The notes beneath the pieces were generated by a model, which saw only the letters and a program-made list of their open reading frames with translations, ran no database searches and was not told where the DNA came from. From Podarcis gaigeae (lineage: Eukaryota), in assembly GCA_964106915.2 (NCBI GenBank), contig OZ066919.1: 64,000 nucleotides of DNA; one strand, given 5' to 3'. This document shows positions 53,047 to 64,000 of this stretch, piece by piece; within the stretch, counting starts at the first letter, position 1, and the number at the start of each line of letters is the position of its first letter. Both the position numbers and the translations under genes were made by a program.

Positions 53047-53062
53047 AACACTAGATGGCGAA
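53047..53062 (+). promoter_or_regulatory. Candidate CTCF site
   Basis: CACTAGATGGCG at 53049-53060 matches the CTCF core (CCACNAGRKGGCR) and retains its CpG in a CpG-poor intron. Confidence 0.4.
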
Positions 53063-55040
53063 AGTGAGCTATGCAAAATTCAACATATTTTCCAAAATGT
53101 TTTTTTTTAAAAAAATTCACAGCATTTTTTATGCATGTGTAGATTCCACCCAAGTAATAAAAATGTGAATATTTATAGAAGACAGCCACTACTTTATAAA
53201 ATGGACATGGTCATGGGCCACAAGTTACAAAGTCGTAAAGCAACTTCTGCCAAACATCTGGGTGTAAGAAAAGTGTTTTAGGCCACATAAATTTTATTTA
53301 ATGATCTAAACTGTGCTTAACTTACCTTCAGGATTTAGGTTTTCCTTCCCATCATTAAAAAACCAAGAGAACAATAAAATATTATTGTGACTCTCTGTAC
53401 TTCCCTAAATTTCCCTAAAGTGCCGCTGCTCCTTACTCTTTCAAAGCCCTGACTTTGCTGTGTGAGGAAGGGGAAGGGGAATTTGTAGGATGAGCATGAA
53501 TGGCGGCAACTCTTCTTCCTCATCCCAGCTATTTCTGATAAAGCTAGAAATGGCTAAAAGACCTTCATAAACAAGGTCATGTATGAGGAAAGAAAGGAAA
53601 GGAAATCACAGAAAGCATTTCATACATTCTAAAGATTAAACATGTTTAGATCAGAAAATAAGTTCAGGGAAAATGCTTAATACAACATAATTCAGGGCCA
53701 GCTGTTCTCTGCAGTTTCCGCCTAAGCATTCTTTGCACACCAATATATAATTACTCTAGCTGAGAAACAAACATTTATCTTGGTACACCCAAAGGCAGTT
53801 ACCATTGCATTAGTAACAACAGAAATTGAAACGAAGGCAAAATCATGACAAAATATGTAACCTGTCCCTAAATGCATAAGGCACTATGAACGTTAGTGCA
53901 TTAAGACTTCCTTTTAAAATAAAATATAGGAATACTAAATAAATTAGAATAAAATCTTTCTTTATCCAGTGCTCAGTATTTTATGGGGCAAACTGTCAAA
54001 TTCCCCTCTCATTCAGTAACTTAGTAACAAGCTTGTCTATTAATTGAAGGAGTTGGGTTATTGATTAATTTGGTTCCTGAATCAAACTTCTGTTACATCA
54101 CAAGCCAAACAGCCATTTGTACTGTCTCTTTTCTCTGTGTTGTTTTATAGATCTCAGGCATTTCCTCTGCATTCATAAATATAAAAATTCTTTCCACTAA
54201 GCTACAGCCTGTCAAAATAAACCACAGCTCTGGACAGTTTGCTACTGGGGAACTTCCTGAGCAAGACAAAAACAAAATATAACACCCAATGGCACTCAGG
54301 CATTTGATCAAAGCATGCCAACTTTGTATGATCCAGGTTTGATGAGAGCCGGAGGTTATTTGAAGAGTGAGACCCAATTCAGATTGGGGCCACCTTCTTC
54401 TGCACTTGTGAATGTCCACCTGGCATTTTAATTTGCACAAGTTGCGTAATGTGAGCAAGGCGTCTCAGTAAGTATTCTCAGAGCCTCAGAGAACAGTAAT
54501 GTTGTGGGCCAAGATCCACAAGCTCCTGGATTACAAATCACATTGTTCAAGCACGTTGAACTGCCAGATGAACTGCAAAGAGGGAGTGCAAAAGAACTTC
54601 TCAACCAGCTTTGAATATTTCTCCACTTTACAACTAGGATTTAGGTAGCTCTATAAGCAGAACAAAAGAGTGATGTGGTTACTCAAAGGCAGGTCTCTTT
54701 AACTCATTTTAGTTGAGAATGTGCTCCACACTTTTAATAGATCCAGAAAGCAATGTGCTCGTCACTTTCTAGGCAATTCACACATTCATGTTAATTATTC
54801 TTAAAATCAAAAATATTAACATCTGGATATGCCCCCTACACACCACACCAAACCAAGTGCTTCCAATTTAGTAATTATTCTTGTTCTTGTTCCAATTATG
54901 TCCTCCTTTTAGTAAATGAAAAAGCTTTTCCTTTACTTAAATATACTCTTGATTGAGAGCCTGCAGATGGTATATGAAAAAGCTAGATACAACATGATAC
55001 GTCACCTAGCAAACATAAGCATTCCTTGTTAATGACTTAC

Positions 55041-55078
55041 CACACCAGTGGGGCAATATGTGTGCTAAATGCAAACAT
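55041..55078 (-). CDS. Alternative candidate first coding exon (MFAFSTHIAPLVC...)
   Basis: ccaaATG TTT GCA ... GTG TG|GTAAGT: A at -3, strong donor, phase 2 compatible with the WW exon. Motif evidence only. Confidence 0.3.
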
Positions 55079-56549
55079 TTGGAAAATAAAGAGCAGTTCA
55101 AACAAAGCCTGGCTTAGAAGGATAAAAATGAAGGCTTTGTCACTTAAGTTTTGCAGATGAGACAGTGACTTAATTAAGATTCACATTTACTTATTTGTGT
55201 CTTAACAGAGATTGGTAGAGTGGGAATACTCATTAAAGTACCTTGAAGTGCCTCTCATGGATGAAGCTGTCTCCCACCTTAAGAGATCCTTTAAGGTGAA
55301 TATATTGCTTTAGAAGTTATTTTGCAGAAGAGAAATAAAAAGGTGAGCCTATTGTTTTCAATTCTCCAGCTAATCTAAATACCGGATTTAGCTTACAGCT
55401 GCAAGCTTCTCGTTGCTCATGAGAAAAAACAGGACAATTTGGAAACAAAGCCTGCTAAGCCATGCGTTGCAAACTTATCAGCTTCTCCCTTCATCACTGT
55501 ACATCATTCCTGTGGGATAACCAGCCTCATATAACAAACATGCTTAAGTCTAATTAATGCATGAACAGGTTAAAGCCATACAGGAGTAAGCTGTCCTGTG
55601 AGGCTGAGCTCACCCTGGAAGGTACTATAATCAAGCCTTTGTTCCCTTTTAGTCTACCTGAGAAGCTCAACATGCGAGGAGGTCTGAGCTGGTTGTTCCA
55701 AGCTCAGGCTGCATGGCTCTCTCACCACTGAAACCAAGTCAAGTTTTCCTGCCTGTGCAACTTATTCTGATTCTGTATAGAAAAGCACATGAATCTGACC
55801 TTTGGGGAGTTTGTAAGTTTATCATTTTTAACTTACCATATGGTCTTTTGCTGGGGAAAATCAAAACTTTGGAAGGATATTGGAAGGGCGTATTTTAAAG
55901 GTCTAACAACCTATACTTCCATGCTTTACTTTGCTGCATATTTTGTGATTTTTAATCTCTGTTGGGGTTCTCTCACCAAAGAGTACTTGCCCCAAACTTT
56001 GCTTTTGGCATCCAGGAATTTTCTTTTTATACCTATTTTTTACTTGCAACCAAGAATTCCAAGGTTTCAGCAGCTGTGTTTGTAACCCTTCAGAATGCTT
56101 ATGGATTTGCTTTTGTAGGTGAACTCTGTACAGACAACTGATTATAAGAAGGAAACATTCTGCTTTGTCCCTTGCAAATAAGGTAAAATAACACGTGCAA
56201 TACACCAGTACCTGTAATTCTTAAACAGTAATCCAAGGACCATGAATGGTGTGCTCAAGATGGACTGCTCTAAAATCACAAGGGAAATTAAATAAAAATG
56301 CTGATATGCCAGAGGTTTATTTGCTGTTTCTACAATAGCTGCTTGTACAGTATTTATGAAATGGAATGTTTCAGAAACGCATACCCAGTAGGTTAGTTCT
56401 GACACACTTTTGCTACAAATTAAAAAATTGTCCTTTGCACTGCCATGCCAACAGCAAGTTGCAATCTATGGATTAACAAAGGGTAACCAGTGACTTGAAG
56501 CCTTGCTTGCAAGGTTCAAGAAGCATTTGGATGGTTGCTTTGGAAACAG

Positions 56550-57000
56550 AATGCAGACTAGGAATGTGCTCTGCATGAGGCCACTTTGGACACTGTCTGG
56601 AAAGTGCAGCTGGCCCAAACCAAACTGTGAGATTGTTAACTGGGCCTGGGCTATGTGATCATATGACGCCAGTGCTTCACTAACTGCTCTAGATTAAAGT
56701 GCTGGTTTCCGCCTTAAAAGCCCTTAAGAATTTGGGACTAGGATACCTGAAATACCATTTTTTTAATCCACATCATGAGATCCTCTTTAGGTTCTGTTCC
56801 AGAAGCACTTCCCAAGTGAAGTAAAAATGAGCGAGTACTGAGATGAGGGCCTTCTTGGTGGTGGTGCCCTGGTGCTGAAATTGTCACCTCCCCCCTCAAA
56901 CACAAAAGCCTTATTGTTATGAATCATGCTTGGTGTTCTGTGTCTTTTTTGTCAGCTGTCTTTACGCTTCTTTCTGATGGAAGTATTTTATGCTGCTAAT
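56550..57000 (+). mobile_element. Old L2-type LINE 3' fragment
   Basis: Degenerate ...VWKVQLAQ... and gagggccttcttggtggtggtgccc motifs of the L2 ORF2 C-terminus. Confidence 0.55.
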
Positions 57001-57939
57001 TGTATTTTTATAAGATAGTGTTGTTTTTTAATATTGTGTGCAGTCCAGAGAGCCAGTATTATATAAATATAGAAAATGATGGTAATAACAACAGACAAAT
57101 CTCCCATTTGATGCAGCAGGGCAATTGTTATTCTTACGAGAAACCTCAATGGCATTTGTGGCTTTTCAGTGTATCCTACGTATTTTGAAAATGTTTCGGT
57201 GATATCGAGGATGTGCAAACCTAGCTATACTTCTCCATTCTCTTCATCTCACACTCAGTTGTTTTGGTTTAAATACACAATATAGTCCCATCAGAGAAGC
57301 ACAGTAGACTTCTATTTCAGAAGTATTTTAAGCAGATACCCACATGGCAGCAGAAATGTAAGAAGATCTGCAAACAAAATTTACTACAAACAGTGCTATA
57401 CAATATAGCTTCTACAACATCCTCAAGTAAGTAACAAGCAGTATAGTGGGTTGGGAAGTAAAAAGGGTGCACACATACATCCAGATTTGCTTTTTTGGGA
57501 ACAGGCTGTTGTAAAACAAATGAAGAGCTACAGATGGATTAACATCTAAAGATGGGTTCCTAAATTAGACATCTAACCTTTGCAGTCAACCCAAGTTCCT
57601 AAAAAACCCAACCCTATAATGAAGGGGAAATCAGGACTAACGTAAGAAAAACATTTAAAATGAGAGAACCTAGAAATCTAGATAGTACTATTTTGGAGAC
57701 ATAGTCTTGCCTAGGAAGAAGCTAATGAAGGTTCTTTTGTGTTTTATTGCCAGAGATAATAGGGTTTTTTTTTACATGAAAATGTCTTTTAAAATACACA
57801 GGCATAAAAAAAACCACTGGTTCAAAGATTACAGTAGTCAAATTAACAGATTGGAAGGGGGGTGAGCAGAATCTTATAATGCTTCACTAAGTGATAAAGC
57901 TCCCAAAGAATGTGGCTGAGACTCCAAGGCTATACAGTA

Positions 57940-58802
57940 CAGTGGTACCTCTGGTTATGAACGCCTCGAGTTATGTTTTTTCAGGTCTCGGAGGCCTCGC
58001 CGCTGCCTGGAGCCAAGCCCAGACATCCGCAGGACCTATGGAGGCTCTGCGATCAGCCTCCAGCCATGGAGCTCTTGGAGGCCTCCACGAATGCCAAGAA
58101 CCAGGCCCCGACATCTGCAGGATGCCCAGTAGGTCGCATCCCAACCCCAAAGTTAGGTAAGGAACAATTATCTAACGAAGACCAAGAGCAGTGAAGCTGT
58201 TAAGAAAACAAAGATGAGCCTGAGCCGAAAAGCCCTTCGCCAGCCCTTGCCCCCCCACCATCTGTAGCAAGATGGGTGGCACCTAGCCAGCTAAGCCCAC
58301 CTACACTGGGGGGAGGTGGAAAATTTTGGGATTCTGCAAGGGATTCTGGGATGTGTTTATGTGAGTCTGCCCTGTGCCTTTGTCTCTGCTTTGCTCCTTC
58401 GTTTGGGGGACTTCTGGGGGACTCTGCCTTCTGCCATTGTTTTGGGGATCGTGTGGAGCCCAGTTCAGCTACTGGTTGATTGTGTGACTGCAGAAATGGA
58501 TAAAAGCCCCTCATCCAAACAATGATTATCATCAGTGCACGTAAGGGGGGGAAATGTTAATTTTTTCATCTACAATACTGTCTTATTTATTTTATGGTAC
58601 AGAACATTGTTTATTCCCTTCATTTTATAGATCAATGGTCTCGTTAGACAGTAAAATTTGTGTTAAACTGCTGTTTTAGGGGGTGTTTGTCATCATCTGG
58701 AACGGATCAATCCACTTTTCCATTACTTTCAATGGGAAAGTGCACTTCAGCTTAAGAACGGACTTCCGGAGCCAATTAAGTACTTAACCTGAGGTACCAT
58801 AA
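57940..58802. mobile_element. Longer (about 860 bp) non-autonomous Tigger-like element
   Basis: TA-CAGTGGTACCTCTGGTTA at the left; ttaagaacggacttccggagccaattaagtacttaacctgaggtacca at the right, the same termini as the short MITEs. No transposase ORF recognised. Confidence 0.75.
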
Positions 58803-59749
58803 TGTTTCAAACTGGTGGAACTAGTGAACACCTGTCTTTCAGTTTCTAGCATTTATCCTTTACTGTGATCCAACGCTGGTGCTTATTCTCTTAGTAAGAG
58901 ACAAGATGTAAGGGCACAATTCTCTCGTCCAGTATATTAGCAGTGTTCTAAATATGCTGCCATATAATATAGCAAAACATCTAACCTGCATCTGCTTTCA
59001 TTTGGATCCCCTGGTCAGGTCTTGTCCCTTTCGCGGAACAATAAATATATGAACACTGAGATTTAAGAAAGGCTGCTCCAAGAAAGTCTTCAAATTCGTG
59101 CTCTCTCTGAAGACTTTATTTCGCCATACAACTTTACCAGCTGCTATGGTCAGTTCCTAGAGGAAAACAAATTCTATTTCCAACATCATGATACTCTCTG
59201 TCTGGATTTTCTGCCAAAACAAGGAAAAGCTATAATTTGAAACCCCTAAAGCAAGCAATTATATCTATGCCCACACTTATCATGCATATTGTCAGGAAAA
59301 TTACAGAGAAACCATGGTAAATATAACTGCAGCCAGTTTCACAAAGTGTCTGTTGCCTTTGTAAATAGGTATCATCAAAATACACCAGAGTCTGTTTAGT
59401 TAGGCATATATATATTCCTGTTCTGCAAAAATATAGAATAAATACTGTTAACTAGAACAAGGGTAGCCAACCTTTCTTCAGCCAGCCCTACAAGAGCCTC
59501 ATGGCATGGCAGACCCACGAACCCAGACATACTGAGGACCTGCCCAAATAGGGATACGGCACATATTATTTCTGTCTATGATATATATTCAGGCATGAAA
59601 AAGTAGTGTTGAAGGCCTCCCCCTCTGGCCCCAGCTTATTTGTAGCTGCAGCTCAGGAGAAGGACTCTCTCTCTCTCTCTCTCTGGGAATGGAGAGATTT
59701 ACATTCCCATTGTTGTTCTGGACTGCGCAGAGAGACTGAAATCTCTATG

Positions 59750-59873
59750 CTGGGGCAGGGAACCTATGGCCCTCCAGATACTGTACTCCATTTCCTTGAC
59801 CACTGGGCATGAGGATCATGGTTGATGGGAACTGGAGTCCAACAACTTCTGGAGAACCACAGGTTCCCCATCC
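59750..59873. mobile_element. Short palindromic hAT-type MITE remnant (related copy at about 17460-17578)
   Basis: gggaacctatggccctccaga...tctggagaaccacaggttcccc inverted structure. Confidence 0.55.
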
Positions 59874-60298
59874 TAGTTCTGTGATCACAATAGCACAATG
59901 ATGGGCCTTGACAATGCCAACTTCTGCTCAGTAAAATATATATGCTAAGTTGTTGGGGGGCTGCCCTAAATAATTTAGCTAGACACAGGCTGCCATTTAG
60001 CAGCCCCACCTCAGAGCTTCCTGTCATCTCCAATACTAAATGTCTGTAGAGTGAACACACATACAGATCTGAGACATGTGCCTGCAAAGACACTACATAC
60101 AAGTACAGCCTGGTGATATCATAATTAATAATAAATTTATAATCAATACCCAGCTATCTAAGGCAATTGTAAGGCAAAATAGTCCTATTTCACATAAGGA
60201 GAAAATATGTATGAAGGAGAACTGTGTCCTTGATCCCACGAAGCAAACCGATACAGAAGCTTATTCCTATGAAACTCTACATCTCTGAATAACCAATA

Positions 60299-60487
60299 CA
60301 GTCCAACCTCTGTTTATGTAACCCTCTGGTTATGTACACTTTGGGATGTGCACATGACAAACCCAGAAGTATTTTAACGGGTTTCGCCGCACGCGCATAT
60401 ACGCAGAAGCGGTCCTCAGGTTGCAGAAACCTCGAGATCCAACCAGACCTCTGGAACGGATCCCATCTACAACCAGAGGTACCACTG
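60299..60487. mobile_element. Tigger-like MITE
   Basis: TA-CAGTCCAACCTCTG...CAGAGGTACCACTG-TA; interior related to the 51676 copy. Confidence 0.8.
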
Positions 60488-60616
60488 TACAACTTATCTG
60501 CAGCACTGATTACAGAATAACTGAATGAAGTGCACTAAGGGGTATATTTGCAGTAAGATATCCACATACTGTGTCCAATAGGCATAAATTAATTAAACAC
60601 AACTACTTTGTCCTAC

Positions 60617-60954
60617 CGCTGTGGGTTAAACCATAGAGCCTAGGACTTGCCGATCAGAAGGTTGGCGGTTTGAATCCCCGCGATGGGGGTGAGCTCCTGT
60701 TGCTCGGTCCCTGCTCCTGCCAACCTAGCAGTTCGAAAACACGTCAAAGTGCAAGTAGATAAATAGGTACCGCTTTGGCGGGAAGGTAAATGGTGTTTCC
60801 ATGCGCTGCTCTGGTTCGCCAGAAGCGGCTTAGTCATGCTGGCCACATGACCTGGAAGCTGTACGCCGGCTCCCTTGGCCAGTAAAGCGAGATGAGCGCC
60901 GCAACCCCAGAGTCGGTCACGACTGGACCTAATGGTTAGGGGTCCCTTTACCTT
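60617..60954 (+). mobile_element. Sauria SINE with 13-bp TSD
   Basis: tRNA-derived head, core gtgcaagtagataaataggtacc and ccctttaccttt tail. TSD tactttgtcctac at 60604-60616 and 60955-60967. Confidence 0.93.
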
Positions 60955-63203
60955 TACTTTGTCCTACACTGCAAAAAGACATAAGTGCAGAAAACAAGTG
61001 TATATTTTCTGTGGGGTCTGTGAGTACTATGCAGAGTAAGCACTGAAAATATACACTGATTTCTGTCCTTGTCTCCTTTAATCAACTTCTGAACTGAAAG
61101 CTCTTGGGCGGAGTGGGGTTTTCTACAAGGTAAGGCACACAGCATACTGCCTCACACGCACCTCTCCTTCAACTTTTGAAGACCAGGATTCACACAAGAG
61201 CCTAAGTAATAAGAAAAACAGAGGGAAATGCAGCCAGATTCACAAACAACCAATCCTTAGTTTAATTGCATGTTGTTATGAGCACAAGCTCTAGAAGCCC
61301 CAGGGTATGTCTCTGGGCTGACGGCTTCAAAAAGCCTGGGACCTGCTCCAGAGCTGGATTTTTGAAATGCTGTACTCTCATTGAAATGTAAAAGTTAATA
61401 TCCTGGGCCTTTCTTGCTTAACACAGGGAAGATTAGAATAGAAAATATACAGCATATGCTACAATACCTCAAAGAGACATTTATAGGAAAATACTTTCCA
61501 GCCTGGATCACAAGAAAACTTTGGGAAATGACCATTGGTTTCATATACATAATATATAGTACTTTTGGTTGTGTGAACATTTTTAATAATATGCTAGTCA
61601 CTTTTACTTGCACGAGGTATTTAATGCAAACATTAAGAAATGGTTTCTACTATCAGCAAGTGGTACAATGCACTCTACCACTCTGCTTCAGAGTGCAATC
61701 TTATGTGTAGCTACTTGGAAATAAATCCTATTGGGTTCAGTGAGGCTTATCCCAAGTGTGAATAGGATTTCAGGCTGTGTCCCTTTAACGTGGTCAGCAT
61801 AGGCTAATGTAATCAGCTTCCTAGGGGGCGGGGGATAGAATCAGAATCTTTATACTTGGACATATTTCACTAGTTCTAATGATTTCAGAATGCTTCATTC
61901 CTCAACTGCTGGGCCTTGTTCTACCTGCCTAACTAAACTGTAGCTGATTATTTGGGACACTGAAAAGGGTTCCCAGAAAACTGTGGATTTCACAGAATTA
62001 TAGATTTGTAGAGTTGGAAGGTACCACAAGGGTTATCCAACCCCCTGCAATTCAGGAATCTTTTTGCCCAACATTATTTTATTTAATTACTGATTCTAGA
62101 TTCTCCTGCCTTATATTGGATCTGCCTCACTTTGATGTCACTGAATGTCTCCAAAGTAGTATGTGTACCAGTGCTTATTACAGAATTCCATTTAAACATC
62201 AGTTTGTTCTTCATTATCCTGATATATTTATATTTGTACATTTTGATACATAGGTGCTTCCCTGTCTTCAGAGTTCTGGGCTCCGACCTTCAACATTTCT
62301 TCTAAAATAAAAGTTGAATTTTCACAATGGCACCTCTGAACACCAACAACTACGATGCTGCATGGTGATGAAAGAGATAAGAGAGAAAGGTCTTGTTGCC
62401 TTTTGTCCTGGCTCTTTTGGCCTGATTTCCTTTCCTGGCTTATGAACCCTGCAGCCTGCCTAACCCTCAAATTAGTGTCTGATCATCCTTGTCATACAAA
62501 TGTGCTGCTGAATAGGACCAGGGTCTCTGAGTTTGATTTCCTATATAAAGTGGTGAACATGCACACATCCACAAACCCACTAAAAACAAACAAATCTAAA
62601 ATGCAGGCCACAGTGTTATGCCCAAAGAATAGGTGCAATGCCAAATAGTGTCTGCAGGGAAAATAGATCACTTAAAGCAAAGCTTGCCAGCCTGACCATC
62701 TTTGTCTGCCTCCCCTTTTGAAGCCAGAACTGGGACAGGGAGCCTACTAAAGGAATTTCATCTGCCGATTAAAACCTTGAGCTGATGCAATACTAAAGTT
62801 TTTTCAGATTACTGTTATTGTCTGAGGCCTTAGCATGTGTTTTGTATGACTATGATTCTTCAGGTAGGTGTTACTAGAAGGTTTAACAGAAACACCAGTA
62901 GCAAATTTTGGAATAAGCAGGATTTACACTGAAGGAATTATTTGAGCATCAAGTTTTCCGCACATTATAGACATAGGGACATGTACAGAGAAGCTTACCT
63001 TCCTAGCAAATGAAATTTCTACCATTCGCTAATTTCCAAACAAGGGGGCAAAAGCTCTACAGAAAAGGAAACATGCTGCCAGAAGGGATTAGGCAAAGAA
63101 CAAAACCACTATCATCAAACTGCAGAATGTCTCCTTTCTCTCCCCTCCCACCACCTCTGTGGGAGATGATTTGGGGGGGGGGGGGATCAGCGAAACTCAA
63201 CAG

Positions 63204-63204
<1 letters not shown>

Positions 63205-63240
<36 letters not shown>
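63205..63240. repeat. (AC)n microsatellite
   Basis: Direct reading of the sequence. Confidence 0.95.
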
Positions 63241-63242
<2 letters not shown>

Positions 63243-64000
63243 AAATGAACTGACCTTTGTGTCTCCTGACCTTGGCTCCAACTCCCTTTTGCTTCTTATC
63301 TTGAAAGGATTGCCCTTGTGGTTCCTGATCCTGCCTCCCACTGACCACACCTTCCCACACCCCTCCAGTTTCTGGTCCTAGTCTATTCATCCAGAATCTC
63401 CTAAGGGTTTTTGTGGATCTTACTCTCTCACTCTTACTCCTGCACATTAAATATAAATATCACGCTGGCCCTGGCAAAGCTCATTTCCCTGGCCCAGTTC
63501 TGAGGAATGTGTCCAGAGTCCTAGTTCAACTGGAACAGAGAAGGTATGCTTAGAACTCTTCCCCCCCCCCCCAACAGCAGCAAGCGAGACTCAGCACTGA
63601 ATGGAAAGGTAACAGGCCAGAGTCTGACTGAAGCAAATAAAGTTCCATCAGAATTCCTGGAATACTGGATAGTGGCCAGGGGCTTGATGTCCTTCCACTG
63701 CTGTCACGCTCCTCTGAACTGCTGGAAGGTGAACAGCTGCTAAATGCTACTCATCATGCACAAACAATATCCTTATTTTGAGAACACAGATGTGCCCATA
63801 ATTCTTTAGTAGCATTCAGGAGACTCTGATCAAGGCAGGTTGCTGTTATTTGAATCTAGACAATCTGGGTCTTTGTCATTTGGAGCTGCTGTTTTAAATA
63901 ATTTCCCTCTTAACTCTCCTCTCTTCAGTGCTGCTGGCTGATGTTTCAAGTGTTTGTATGGAGGGCAGCATCTAGTGACCATTGCCTGCTTTTTTGGAAT

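Noticed and set aside
57891-58532. ORFs within the long Tigger-like element as a possible transposase
   Set aside because: Short, with no HTH or DDE motifs recognisable.

Overview
Vertebrate genomic DNA, most likely from a squamate (probably lacertid) lizard, inferred from two Sauria-SINE copies, squamate-type L2/CR1 fragments and Tigger/pogo MITEs. Most of the window holds one minus-strand gene of the ARHGAP39/Vilse family (2 WW domains, long low-complexity linker, MyTH4, RhoGAP). I assembled nine in-phase GT-AG coding exons between 39420 and 13184 (3082 nt, about 1027 codons plus an uncertain short N-terminus), followed by a probable 3.3 kb 3' UTR ending near 9850. The linker differs strongly from mammalian ARHGAP39 as I recall it, so this is probably a second paralogue. 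A CpG island at about 5480-6720 carries the probable promoter and non-coding first exon of an unidentified minus-strand gene that runs off the left edge. Introns are rich in transposons. The most unusual non-coding items are an apparently intact minimal hammerhead-ribozyme motif in a Penelope-like remnant (1927-1964), a related perfect 44-bp-arm hairpin with a 13-bp target-site duplication (42287-42379), an inverted-repeat element with a hammerhead-like core split by a SINE (43342-44145), and a TSD-flanked retrocopy of an mRNA 3' end (33521-33868). Nearly all other ORFs in the supplied track appear spurious.
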